IMG/VR virus record: IMGVR_UViG_3300036846_000555
Coordinates: 58,350-122,349 of that record
DNA length: 64,000 nt
Source: a virus
Reading direction: 5' to 3' (one strand)
Positions 1 through 9,175 of the stretch are shown in pieces. How positions within the stretch are numbered: the stretch's first letter is position 1; each line of letters begins with the position of its first letter. The notes under the pieces were generated by a model. The model did no database searches. It saw only the letters and a program-made list of their open reading frames with translations, and was not told where the DNA came from. A program made the position numbers and the translations under genes.

Positions 1-2
1 CG

Positions 3-752
3 TTGCCGGTGGGTTACCGCCCCAAGACCGACCAAGTCTTCGACAACCTCCAAGCGAGCGGAACGGCCGGAACCTATGTGGGGGTAGGCGCAGCAGGCAA
101 CGTCTCACCGACCTACGCGGGGACCGGTGTTTACATCGACCTCAGCTTCGACACCGAGACCGTGACGCAGATGCCGACCGGGCCGACCGGGCCGACCGGG
201 CCGCAGGGGCCGCCCGGCAACCCCGCGCCGACCGTCACCTCGCTCCCGGGCAGCCCCGTCGATGGGCAGGAGTGCTACTTCGTCGCTGACGCCACGAACG
301 GCATCGTCTGGCATCTGAAGTACCGGGCCGCATCCTCGTCAACGTACAAGTGGGAGTGTGTTGGCGGGCCACCACTCCGCGCCGACGTGACCACGGGGCA
401 GACCGCATCGACAGCCAGCGCATGGGTTGACCTGGCGACTCCCGGCCCGCTTGTCACCCCGCCGCTTGGCGGTGACTTCGACGTGCTGTACGGCTGTTTC
501 ATGAGCGCAGCACCGACCAGCGGGTTCATCTGGATCGCAGGGGTTGGAGTAGGCGGCGGCGCCCCAACGCGCATGGCTAGGCTGGACGGCCCGTCGGGCG
601 GCGGAGCGGCCGTCACCTCGACTCCGTCAGACAAGTTCCGGGCGACCGGCATTGCCGCGGGCACCACGTTCAAGATGCAGTACCAGTACGTCAACGTCAC
701 CCCGACGTGGTCCCAACGTTACCTTGAGGTGCGGCCCGTGCGAGTCGGCTGA
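3..752 (+). CDS. 5'-truncated minor tail/fibre-associated protein with short collagen-like GPT/GPQ run
   Basis: Open from window edge; GPTGPTGPQGPPG repeat; beta-rich Gly/Thr/Val C-terminus; directly upstream of baseplate genes. Confidence 0.6.
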   Translation: MPVGYRPKTDQVFDNLQASGTAGTYVGVGAAGNVSPTYAGTGVYIDLSFDTETVTQMPTGPTGPTGPQGPPGNPAPTVTSLPGSPVDGQECYFVADATNGIVWHLKYRAASSSTYKWECVGGPPLRADVTTGQTASTASAWVDLATPGPLVTPPLGGDFDVLYGCFMSAAPTSGFIWIAGVGVGGGAPTRMARLDGPSGGGAAVTSTPSDKFRATGIAAGTTFKMQYQYVNVTPTWSQRYLEVRPVRVG

Positions 753-772
753 CGTCACCAGAGGAGAGGAAG

Positions 773-1465
773 ATGACCCTGATCGCAGAGCTGGACCACG
801 AGCAGGACCCCGCCGTCGTCGTCACGCTGTACGACTACGGCGCGGACACCGTACCGCCGCACATGACCGCGCCCGCGTTCGTGGACGTGACCGACGAGGA
901 CCCGCGACCCGAGCCGGGCTACATCTACGACGGGGAGGCGTTCGCGCCGGGTGCGCCGCAGCAACAGGAGGCAGTCAGGCAGCAGGCTGCGAGCAACGCT
1001 CTGGCGGCGGTCGATGCCAACGCGGACTTTCTGGCGTTGGCGAGCCCTACGCCTGAGCAGGTCATTGCGCAGGTAACGATCCTGACCCAGCACGTCAACG
1101 CACTGACCCGTGTGCAATTGTCGCGGGTGGCCCCGGGGCAGTATCCGATCGAGGGACTGCCGGGATTCCCGGCTACGCTGCCGCCGGTGCCGCCGGACGT
1201 CGAGCCGTCGCCTCCCGTCGCGTCGTTCACATTCACACCGGCCGACCCCCAGAAGGGCGACCAGATCCAGTTCGATGCGAGCGCGTCAACGGCGGGCTCG
1301 ACTCCGATCACCCGCTACGACTGGAGCTTCGGAGACACGGCTGCGCCCGATGCAGGCCCGACGCCGACGTACACGTTCACCAAGTTCGGCGACTATGACG
1401 TGACGCTGACGCTCACCGACGAGGACGGGCTCACCGACCAGGCCACCCAAACGATCACGATCTAA
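773..1465 (+). CDS. Virion-associated protein with C-terminal PKD (Ig-like) domain
   Basis: SD GAGAGGAAG; PVASFTFTP...IQFDASAS...YDWSFGD...GPTPTYTFTKFGDYDVTLTLTDEDG is a typical PKD signature. Confidence 0.7.
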   Translation: MTLIAELDHEQDPAVVVTLYDYGADTVPPHMTAPAFVDVTDEDPRPEPGYIYDGEAFAPGAPQQQEAVRQQAASNALAAVDANADFLALASPTPEQVIAQVTILTQHVNALTRVQLSRVAPGQYPIEGLPGFPATLPPVPPDVEPSPPVASFTFTPADPQKGDQIQFDASASTAGSTPITRYDWSFGDTAAPDAGPTPTYTFTKFGDYDVTLTLTDEDGLTDQATQTITI

Positions 1466-1469
1466 CGCC

Positions 1470-2000
1470 ATGAGCATCATCGAACCCGACTCGCTTGACT
1501 ACGACCTGATCCCACCCGACCCGGGGCTGATCAACCCGGACCTCCAGCTCGACGCGGCGCTCGCGCCCGTCGAGGATGCCGGGCCAGACGCGCCGATCCC
1601 GTTCGGCAAGAGCTGGCGCTTCGACTTCATCGCCGGACAGTTCATCCGCGACGGGTCCGCGCCCCAGGCGACCTACGAGCTGGACAGCCTGATCATGTGG
1701 ATCGAGAAGACCGCCCGCACCGCCCGGTACGCCCACCCGATCTACTCCGACCAGTACGGCGTCGAAGAGCCGTACGGGCTGATCGGCCAGCAGGCCGACG
1801 ACGCGCTGCTGTCCGCGTACGAGGACGGGCTCACCGAGGCGCTGCTCGTCCACGACCGGATCGTCGCGGTCGAGGGCTTCGGGTTCTCGCAGGATCCGTT
1901 TGACGAGGCGCTCTACGCGTCGTTCACAGTGGTCGTTGACGCGGCGCCGCCGCTAGAGGCGCAGCCGCTTGAATTCAGCAATATTCCGATCGCGACATGA
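1470..2000 (+). CDS. Baseplate wedge/sheath-initiator protein, DUF2634 (XkdS/gp25-like)
   Basis: KSWRFDF...WIEKTARTARYAHPIYSDQYGVE...LIG...EALLVHDRI pattern; precedes baseplate J. Confidence 0.8.
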   Translation: MSIIEPDSLDYDLIPPDPGLINPDLQLDAALAPVEDAGPDAPIPFGKSWRFDFIAGQFIRDGSAPQATYELDSLIMWIEKTARTARYAHPIYSDQYGVEEPYGLIGQQADDALLSAYEDGLTEALLVHDRIVAVEGFGFSQDPFDEALYASFTVVVDAAPPLEAQPLEFSNIPIAT

Positions 2001-2173
2001 TCCCCCTGTCCCAGACCTGCATAGCTTGCGGCCGAGACAAGCCCGCAGACCAGTTCTACGTCAGGAGGGACGGGCGCGAGCCTCGGCTCACCGGACGATG
2101 CAACTCGTACGCCAACACGCAGCCAGCGTGCGGTCCCTGTAACTGTCGGAAGGGCGGAAGGGTGGTGATCTGA
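1997..2173 (+). pseudogene. Internally deleted HNH endonuclease remnant (58 aa)
   Basis: Own translation: MIPLSQTCIACGRDKPADQFY...RC then NSYANTQPACGPCNCRKG, i.e. N-terminal Zn finger joined to HNH C-terminal tail, catalytic core absent. Confidence 0.5.
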
Positions 2174-2174
2174 A

Positions 2175-3680
2175 ACGACCGACGTCACCGACCTCACCGA
2201 GATCTTCTCCGAGACGCTCGCGCGCGTCCGGGCCCGGATGGATCAGGACGCCAACGCCGGGCTGACCGACGACGACCCGGACTGGGTCGACACCCGCGAG
2301 GGCTCGTTCTACTGGGACATGACGCAGCCGTCCGCGATGGAGTGCGCGCGGCTGTGGGATGCGATGACCGAGACGATCGCCGCGGCGTTCCCGTCGACCG
2401 CGTGGGGCGACTATCTCGACGAGCACGGCACCACGTTCGGGCTGACGCGCAACCCGGCGACGCCCGCCACCGGGCAGCTCACGTTCCTCGCGTCAGCGGC
2501 GACGCTGATCGCGGCCGGGACGCAGGCGTCGGCGGTCGCTCCGCTGACCGGCGACGTGCAGAGCTACCAGACGACCGCGAGCGGCACGACCAGCGCGCCG
2601 CTGAAAGCGCCGACCGGCGTGGCGGTGGCCCCGAACAACGCGGGCGGCAAGCTGACCGCAGCCACCCGCTACTACCACGTGACCGCGCTGAACGCGTTCG
2701 GGGAGACGACCGGCACCGCCGACATCGCGGGCACGACGACGGGCACGGCGGGCCAGAACGTGATCACCTGGGGGGCGGTCACGGGCGCGACGTCCTACAA
2801 CGTGTACGTCACGCAGACGGCGCAGTCCACCGGCGCGCTGCTCGGGAACACGACCGCTCTGACCTACACCGACAACGGCAACGTCACGCCGAACGTCGCC
2901 GCGATCGAACCGACGACGAACACGACGTCGGGCATCACGCTCGACGCGGTCGCGTTGACGCCGGGCACGGCGGGCGACGTTGCCCCGAACGCCGTCACGT
3001 CGCTGGACACGGTGCTGCCGACGGTGATCTCGGTCACGAACCCGGTGCCGATGGATGGCGGCACCGAGCTGGAGTCAGACGACGACTTCCGGCTGCGGAT
3101 CCTCGGCGAGTACGTCGGCACGTCGGGCGGCGGGAACGTCACCGACTATCGGCGCTGGTCGGCGGGGGAGGGCGTCTCGCGCGTGGCGGTGATCCCGTGC
3201 TGGAACGTGACGGCGCAGAATCCAACGGGTGCCGGGACGGTGCTGGTCGTCGCGATGAACGCGGACGGCTCTCCGGTCGCGACCGCGACGGTCACCGCGC
3301 TGCAGGAGTTCCTTGACCCGGTGCCGGGGCTTGGGCAGGGCCAGGCTCCGGTTGGCGCGACGGTGACGGTGGTCACGTCCTCGATCCTGACGGTTACGAT
3401 CTCGGCCACGGTCGTCGCCGAGAAGGGCTACTCGCTGGACGGCACCGGCAACACCATCGCGACGCGGCAGGCGATCATGTCCGCGCTGGCGACCTACCTG
3501 CAGGGCCTGCAGCCGGGCGACACGATCATCTACGAGCACGTCCAGGCGGCCTTCTTCGTCACCGGCGTCCACAAGGTCAACAGCCTGCTGGTCAACAACG
3601 CCACCAACGACATCACGCTCGCGGCGGGCGCGTCGCCGCAGGTGGCGCTGCTGGGCACCGTGACCCTGACGGACGGCTGA
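2175..3680 (+). CDS. Baseplate J-like protein (XkdT family) with inserted FN3-like domain; probable ACG start at 2175 (first ATG 2238)
   Basis: DTREGSFYWD, GDYLDEHG...GLTRNPAT, ESDDDFRLRI, GGNVTDY motifs. Confidence 0.9.
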   Translation, partial: TTDVTDLTEIFSETLARVRARMDQDANAGLTDDDPDWVDTREGSFYWDMTQPSAMECARLWDAMTETIAAAFPSTAWGDYLDEHGTTFGLTRNPATPATGQLTFLASAATLIAAGTQASAVAPLTGDVQSYQTTASGTTSAPLKAPTGVAVAPNNAGGKLTAATRYYHVTALNAFGETTGTADIAGTTTGTAGQNVITWGAVTGATSYNVYVTQTAQSTGALLGNTTALTYTDNGNVTPNVAAIEPTTNTTSGITLDAVALTPGTAGDVAPNAVTSLDTVLPTVISVTNPVPMDGGTELESDDDFRLRILGEYVGTSGGGNVTDYRRWSAGEGVSRVAVIPCWNVTAQNPTGAGTVLVVAMNADGSPVATATVTALQEFLDPVPGLGQGQAPVGATVTVVTSSILTVTISATVVAEKGYSLDGTGNTIATRQAIMSALATYLQGLQPGDTIIYEHVQAAFFVTGVHKVNSLLVNNATNDITLAAGASPQVALLGTVTLTDG

Positions 3681-3682
3681 GC

Positions 3683-4801
3683 ATGGCGGTCTCCGATCCA
3701 CTCGCGGTCTTCTCCTCCGGCGTCATGACGACGGTCGCCCTGAGCGAGGACACTCCGGCTGATCTGCTCGGCGAGGTGCCGCCGTTTGAGCGCACGGCCT
3801 ACGAGGTCCAGGCGGTGCTGCAGGTCGTCGCCAACGAGCTGTTCCGGCTGGAGCAGGCGCGCCAGGCGGTGATCCTGAACTTCCTGCCCAGCACCGCCGA
3901 CGCGCTGCTGCCGATGTTCGAACAGCTCCTCGGCCTGCCGGTCGACCCGCCCGGGCTGACGCTCGCGTCCCGCCAGCAGCTCGTGCTCGCAACCATGCGG
4001 CGCCTGAAAGGCCAGGGTCGCGGCCTGGACTGGGAGGCGACCATCACCGCGCTGTTCGGGACGAGCTGGTCCTATCAGGAGTACAACCCGGCAGCGACCG
4101 TCACCGCGAACTTCGTACCGAACCCGTCGTTTGAGAAGGACACGGTCGGAAGCGCACCGGCGGTGTGGGCTTCGCGCGTCAACTTCAACAGCGCTGGCGG
4201 GGCGTTGACGTGCCAGGCGCAGGCCCAGGCGGGGTCGAAAGGCATGCAGGTCGTCGCCCCTAGCGGCGGCGCGGTCGGTGCGGAGGTCCCGCTCTCTGGC
4301 ACGTTCACCAGTGGCGAGCCGTACACGTTCTCGGTCTGGTTGAAGGGCAATGCCGGTGGGGAGCGCGTTGTCCTCCTGTTCGGCAGTGCGTCCGACGTGG
4401 TTCAGGGCGCGAACCTCACGCTGACCACCACGTGGACGCGGTATTCGGTCACCTGGACGCCGACCGCGAACCGCACGGGTGTCTCGGCCGGTTTCCAGAC
4501 GACCACGTCATCCGCCGTGACTGTGTTTGCGGACAGTGCGATGGTGTCGCAGGCGGCTGCGATGGGTCCGTACGTCGATGGGGACACGTCCGGCTACTCG
4601 TGGGCGGGTACGCCGGGGCAGAGCGCGACCATGCAGGCGAGTGGACCGCCCCCGAACACGGTCTCGATCCGGATCCCGCAGGCGTACGGCGGCTTTGGCT
4701 GGCCGTTCATCCGCGACCTCACGCCCGCGCACCTCGCGATCACCGAGGGCTACTCCGACGGCTTCTTCGTCGGCATCACGAACATCGGAGGCACTCTGTG
4801 A
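3683..4801 (+). CDS. Baseplate protein YmfQ/DUF2313 (XkdU-like) with inserted CBM4/9-like domain
   Basis: LLGEVPPFER...PSTADALLPMFEQLLGLP...RQQLVLA N-terminus; NFVPNPSFE...W beta-sandwich insert. Confidence 0.75.
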   Translation: MAVSDPLAVFSSGVMTTVALSEDTPADLLGEVPPFERTAYEVQAVLQVVANELFRLEQARQAVILNFLPSTADALLPMFEQLLGLPVDPPGLTLASRQQLVLATMRRLKGQGRGLDWEATITALFGTSWSYQEYNPAATVTANFVPNPSFEKDTVGSAPAVWASRVNFNSAGGALTCQAQAQAGSKGMQVVAPSGGAVGAEVPLSGTFTSGEPYTFSVWLKGNAGGERVVLLFGSASDVVQGANLTLTTTWTRYSVTWTPTANRTGVSAGFQTTTSSAVTVFADSAMVSQAAAMGPYVDGDTSGYSWAGTPGQSATMQASGPPPNTVSIRIPQAYGGFGWPFIRDLTPAHLAITEGYSDGFFVGITNIGGTL

Positions 4802-5952
4802 GCAAGCACCGGCAGCTCAACTACGGCCAGCCGATTCCCCAGGACTTCCTGGACGCGCTCCAGGAGTTCGTCGGCGTCGGCAGCCGCAACCTGTTCCTGA
4901 CGCAGATCGGCTCCAACCAGGTCCAGATTGCCGCGGGCGTCGGGAACGCGCAGGTGTCGCTCGGGATCGACGGCCTGTGGCGCTACATCTCAGCGACCGT
5001 CCAGACGACCGTCACCGGCGCGGCCGGGACGTACAGCATCTTCGCGACCACCGGCAACAACGCGTTCGCGACCAACCCGACGCCGCCGCCGCCCGAGACC
5101 GACTCGACCGACTACACGTTCGCGCTGACCGCGCTGCTGACCGGCAACCCCACGGCCGCGCACTACCGCAAGATCGGCGAGGCGGTCTTCGACGGGACGC
5201 GCATCCTGAACCTCCGCCAGCTCATCGACGGCGGCGTCGACGGCGCGCAGCTCTGGCAGCCGGGCGACCTCAAGCTGACCGCCGTGGCGGCCCCGCCCGC
5301 TGGATGGCTCGCCTGCGACGGCTCCGCAGTCAGCCGCACCACCTACCCGGCGCTGTTCGCGGCCCTCGGTGGCGCGACGTCGCCGTGGGGGCAGGGCGAC
5401 GGATCGACCACGTTCAACGTCCCGGACTTCCGCGGCCGCGTCCCGATCGGGGCAGGGCAGGGCGCGGGCCTGACCAACCGCGTCCGCGGCGAGTACGGCG
5501 GCGGGACGCTCGACACGGCCAGCCCCAAGCGCGGCGAAGAGGCTCACCTGCTCGCCGCGGCCGAGTCGGGCACCAACGGCAACGGCGGCACCGGCTACGT
5601 CTCCAACGACCACTCGCACGGCGTCAGCATCCAAAGCGGCGGCGCGAGCGCCCGGCACAATCACGCCACGGTTGACACCGGTCAGTTGGTACCAGCATCG
5701 AACAACTGGGTGTTCGCCGCTAACAACATGGCCATCACCGCTGGCTCGTACCCGTTGATCTACCCGGACCGTGCCAGCACCCAGAACCGCAACACGACCG
5801 GCGCGGACAGCCCGGACCATTCGCATGGCGTCAACGGCAACACCGCCGGGATCAGCTCCAACCACACGCACGCGCTCGGCGCCCGCAACGCCGACAGCTC
5901 GCACAACAACGTCCAGCCGTACGCTGCCGCGATCTACATCGTCAAGACGTAG
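4798..5952 (+). CDS. Tail fibre protein with phage tail-collar domain and HxH needle motifs
   Basis: GTGA overlap with upstream gene, SD GGAGG; PGDLK...PPAGWLACDGSAVSRTTYPALFAALG...TFNVPDFRGR; HSH/HNH/HTH repeats; HNNVQPY end. Confidence 0.88.
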   Translation: MSKHRQLNYGQPIPQDFLDALQEFVGVGSRNLFLTQIGSNQVQIAAGVGNAQVSLGIDGLWRYISATVQTTVTGAAGTYSIFATTGNNAFATNPTPPPPETDSTDYTFALTALLTGNPTAAHYRKIGEAVFDGTRILNLRQLIDGGVDGAQLWQPGDLKLTAVAAPPAGWLACDGSAVSRTTYPALFAALGGATSPWGQGDGSTTFNVPDFRGRVPIGAGQGAGLTNRVRGEYGGGTLDTASPKRGEEAHLLAAAESGTNGNGGTGYVSNDHSHGVSIQSGGASARHNHATVDTGQLVPASNNWVFAANNMAITAGSYPLIYPDRASTQNRNTTGADSPDHSHGVNGNTAGISSNHTHALGARNADSSHNNVQPYAAAIYIVKT

Positions 5953-6033
5953 CACCCGTCGTGTATCCTGCGAGGCGCGAGGCACGCGAACGACCCTCAC
6001 TCCTCGGTCGGGATGACTCGCTCGCGCGCTCGC

Positions 6034-6070
6034 AGAAACGGCCGCCCCGCAGAGGCGGCCGTTTCTTGTT
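6034..6070. terminator. Bidirectional intrinsic terminator between convergent operons
   Basis: AGAAACGGCCGCC-7nt-GGCGGCCGTTTCT 13-bp inverted repeat followed by T-rich tail. Confidence 0.75.
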
Positions 6071-6107
6071 CCCGGGCTCCCAGGTAGGGAGAGGGGCCCG
6101 GAAGGGC

Positions 6108-7046
6108 TCAGGCGGGCCGTGTGGGGCTCTCAGGAGCTTCCTCGATGGCCTCGCCCTCGATGGGAAGCGACCCGCCGTGACGCAGCACGAAGTCGGTGAC
6201 CTCCTGCAGGATCGCGGTCCGCTGCGCCTGGTCGGCTCCGGCGAGCTTGAGCCGCACCTTCTGGGGCAGGAAGCTGCCCGGCCGCAGCCGGTTGGCTTCC
6301 GTGAACGCGTCCTGCAGGCGCCGTCCGAGCGCCTCGTCGGGACCCCAGTCGGGCTCCTGATCGACCGGCCGATCCTGCTCGACGATCCCGCCGACCCGCT
6401 CGTCGTAGTGGGCGCCGACCTCGTCCTCGGGGATCAGGCCGGTGATCGAGAACGCCTTGCGCAGCGCCATCGACTCCGCGACCTTCAGGATCATCGCGTC
6501 CGGGTAGTTCGTCCACGCCTTGTTGCTGCGCTTGTAGCTCGCGTACTTGGCCAGGAAGAACGTCGGCTTGCGCCCGTCGCGGAACACGCGCGCCCATGAG
6601 CCGACGATGTTGGACGTCAGCCGTTCCATCGCCGCCACCGGCGCGTAGGTGTGGATGAAGCCGTCAGCGCCGCGGGCGATGACGTCCTGGGCGTAGATGA
6701 CGTCGCCCTCCATGCCGCCGAACGCGTCGTTGCGGTTGGCGATGGCCAGCAGCCCGTCGCGGGCGACGATCGTCTGATAGCTCGGCGGTTCGCCGTCCTT
6801 GCCCGGCATCTTGGCCAGGTACACCTGCTTGGCGAACGGGTCGAGCTGGTAGCGCCCGACCAGCTCCAGGAACATCAGGAACGCGTTGTCGTCCGCGCCG
6901 CGAGCGACGGTCCGTTTCATCAGGGCGAGCTGCTCGTTATCGAACGCGAACCGCGCCGGGTGCGTCACCGGCGTCGGCATCGCCCTGACCGGCATCAGCT
7001 TGCTTCCCGGCGTCTCTGCCTCTGGCTTTACCTCGGTCTCAGCCAT
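6108..7046 (-). CDS. bet: Bet/Red-beta family single-strand annealing recombinase
   Basis: QLALMKRTVA...FLELVGRYQLDPFAKQVY...RDGLLAIA...WTNYPDAMILKVAESMALRKAF; SD AGAGGAG before ATG 7046. Confidence 0.9.
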   Translation of the reverse strand: MAETEVKPEAETPGSKLMPVRAMPTPVTHPARFAFDNEQLALMKRTVARGADDNAFLMFLELVGRYQLDPFAKQVYLAKMPGKDGEPPSYQTIVARDGLLAIANRNDAFGGMEGDVIYAQDVIARGADGFIHTYAPVAAMERLTSNIVGSWARVFRDGRKPTFFLAKYASYKRSNKAWTNYPDAMILKVAESMALRKAFSITGLIPEDEVGAHYDERVGGIVEQDRPVDQEPDWGPDEALGRRLQDAFTEANRLRPGSFLPQKVRLKLAGADQAQRTAILQEVTDFVLRHGGSLPIEGEAIEEAPESPTRPA

Positions 7047-8244
7047 CTCGTCTCCTCTGTTCGGCCAGCTCCAGGGAGCGGCGGAGCTGCTCCTCCAGTT
7101 CGGGCTCTGGTTCCATCTGCGGCTTCGGGATGTGGATGTCAAAGCGCGTGCCGACCTCATCCCGATACAGATCCTCCGGTGACCGGCCCGCCGCCAGCGC
7201 GTTGGTGGTCTCTTCCCGCGTCGGCCGCCGCGTACGCACCTGGACGCGGTGGCCGTACACCCGGTTGGCTTTCGCGTCGCGGACCGGCACCGGCCCATGT
7301 ACCGCCGCCCACGCCTTCAGCGCCTCCTTGTTCTGCGCGATCGCCTTCTCGCCGACGAGCACCTGCGCGACCGCCAGCGCCGCCTCCTCCGCTGACCGGA
7401 TCGCGCCGCGGCGCCGCGCCTTGGGGAAGATCGGGCACGCCATCGGCCGGGGGCAGTGACCGCAATGGTTGCCGGGGCTCGGATGCCACACGTCCTCCTG
7501 CACCGACCGGTCAAACCGTTCGACCAGCGCCGTCATGCTCTCCTCGATCTCGGGGAGCTGCTCGCGGTACAGCGTCGCCTCCCGCGGCTGCGAGTACCGC
7601 GGGTAGAACTCCCGGAGCGTGATCGACGTGAACGTCGGATGGTTGCGGAAGCACAGCAGCGCGTACGCCCGCTGCTGAAAGAACCCGCCCTCGGAGATCT
7701 CCGACGGCGGCGGCAGCCACCAACCCGTCTTCCAGTCGATGACGATCCCGCGCTCCAGGTTCTCGCCCTCCGCGAACAGCGCGTCGAGCTGCCCGGAGAA
7801 GATTCGCTCGACCGACCCGCCCTCCGGGTTGGGGTAGTACAGCGTCGCCGCCAGGCGCTCCTCGACCGACACCAGCCCGGCGATGTTCCAGGAGTTCTCC
7901 GAGCAGAACTTTTTGGTCATCCAGATCAGGTCGTTGATCTCCTTCATCGGGCAGGTGACCATGTCCTCGATCGGCACGTCGGCCTGCCGCAGCGTCTCCA
8001 GCAGGATCGCCAGGCCGACGTCGACCTCGATCCGCTCCTCCTCCTGCGCGGCCATCTCGCGCAGCATCTTCGCCGCGGCGCGATGCCAGATGATCCCGCG
8101 TCCGGCCGCGGAGTCAGACCACGTCTTGCGGTAGCGGCGTTCGAACAGGCTGCCCAGCCCGCACTCATCGAAGGCGGAGAGAGTGCTCTGACGGACGCTG
8201 GGGAACTCCTCCAGCGCCTTGGGATACGGCGTGCGCGCGATCAT
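7039..8244 (-). CDS. PD-(D/E)XK (RecB/Cas4-like) exonuclease, partner of Bet
   Basis: GQLDAL...VIDWKTG...QQRAYA; C-terminal CGHCPRPMAC; coupled to bet. Confidence 0.85.
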   Translation of the reverse strand: MIARTPYPKALEEFPSVRQSTLSAFDECGLGSLFERRYRKTWSDSAAGRGIIWHRAAAKMLREMAAQEEERIEVDVGLAILLETLRQADVPIEDMVTCPMKEINDLIWMTKKFCSENSWNIAGLVSVEERLAATLYYPNPEGGSVERIFSGQLDALFAEGENLERGIVIDWKTGWWLPPPSEISEGGFFQQRAYALLCFRNHPTFTSITLREFYPRYSQPREATLYREQLPEIEESMTALVERFDRSVQEDVWHPSPGNHCGHCPRPMACPIFPKARRRGAIRSAEEAALAVAQVLVGEKAIAQNKEALKAWAAVHGPVPVRDAKANRVYGHRVQVRTRRPTREETTNALAAGRSPEDLYRDEVGTRFDIHIPKPQMEPEPELEEQLRRSLELAEQRRRDG

Positions 8245-8375
8245 GCGCGGGGTCCTCCTCGGTCGGTTCAGACCATCGTGTCAGGCAGCTCGGACATCAT
8301 CCCAATCGAAGTACCGACGCGTCGCGTCCGAGGCGTATCGTGGCCTCCTGTGTCCCGACCGCACCCGCCCGCTCC

Positions 8376-8972
8376 ATGACCGAAACCGCCGCGCGGGCTC
8401 GGGCCTGGCATCGGCAGGTAGTCGGTCGTCCGCCTAAGCAATGCCCGGCCTGCAAGGCCCGGCTGGCCAAGCATGGCCACCACGTGATCACCCGCGAGCG
8501 GCTGCGCCAGGTCGAGCGCAACCGGCATCTTGCGCCCGGGACGCTGATCTGGGATCCGCGCTCCGGGATCGGCCTGTGCGAGCGATGCCACACGCGGCAC
8601 ACCGACGCGTTCCACCGCGTGCCGCGGTCGCTGCTCACCGCGGAGAACTGGGCGTTCATCAACGAGCTGGACCTTGACTGGTGGATCGCCCGCTACTACC
8701 CGGCGTCCCCGGCGGGACACACCCCACTCCACTCAGACCCCGAAGGAGACCGCAATGGCACGGCAGAACAGCAACGGCCAAGTCGTGGACGAGCAGGGCG
8801 AGCACGAGTCGCTGGACGACATGGACGCCCCGACGGTGCTCGGCTCAGCGCTCACGGGCACGGTCGAGCAGCTCAGCTTCGACCTCGGGTCGGAGTGGGA
8901 TCTGTCGGACTCGACGCTGAAGCTGGCGCCGGTGCCGCCGCTGGCGGTGGAGGGACAGTTCTCGGAGGGTGA
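8376..8972 (+). CDS. HNH-like endonuclease (3' end overlaps next gene; true end uncertain)
   Basis: CPAC...HGHHVI...DPRSGIGLCERCHTRH motif. Confidence 0.55.
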   Translation: MTETAARARAWHRQVVGRPPKQCPACKARLAKHGHHVITRERLRQVERNRHLAPGTLIWDPRSGIGLCERCHTRHTDAFHRVPRSLLTAENWAFINELDLDWWIARYYPASPAGHTPLHSDPEGDRNGTAEQQRPSRGRAGRARVAGRHGRPDGARLSAHGHGRAAQLRPRVGVGSVGLDAEAGAGAAAGGGGTVLGG

Positions 8973-9105
8973 CCGGGTCCGGGTCGTGCTGGAGATCGAG
9001 GTCGAGTACGTCGCCTTCCCGCCGATCAAGGACAAGGGGTTCCGGGTCGGCACCGAGCGCCGACATTTCGGGCAGGTGCTGTCCGCGTCGCATCTGACGG
9101 ACTAG
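8755..9105 (+). CDS. Hypothetical acidic protein
   Basis: SD GAAGGAG before ATG 8755; strong GC3 codon bias. Confidence 0.7.
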   Translation: MARQNSNGQVVDEQGEHESLDDMDAPTVLGSALTGTVEQLSFDLGSEWDLSDSTLKLAPVPPLAVEGQFSEGDRVRVVLEIEVEYVAFPPIKDKGFRVGTERRHFGQVLSASHLTD

Positions 9106-9175
9106 CCCGCAAACTGCGGGATCTTTCAGGTTGTGGGCGCCCGGGGGCGGGTGTAACGTGAATGGTCTACCGGCC

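Noticed and set aside
5560-5900. His-x-His repeats in the tail fibre as a DGR variable region or shufflon
   Set aside because: These are ordinary metal-binding needle motifs; no reverse transcriptase, template repeat or invertase in the window.
4990-6000. 336-aa minus-strand ORF, with a CCGACCGAGGAG and a degenerate dyad nearby (5948-6013)
   Set aside because: Antisense shadow of the tail fibre gene; GTG abuts the SD with no spacing and the -10 is poor. The motif copies may be relics but support is too weak.
7039-8244. Cas4-like nuclease as a sign of a CRISPR system
   Set aside because: It is coupled to Bet as a standard recombination exonuclease; no repeat-spacer array or other cas genes seen.
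8723-8972. C-terminal extension of the HNH ORF overlapping the next gene by 218 nt
   Set aside because: Extension is low-complexity Arg/Gly text in an alternate frame of a better gene; probably a lost stop rather than functional overlap, no slippery site seen.
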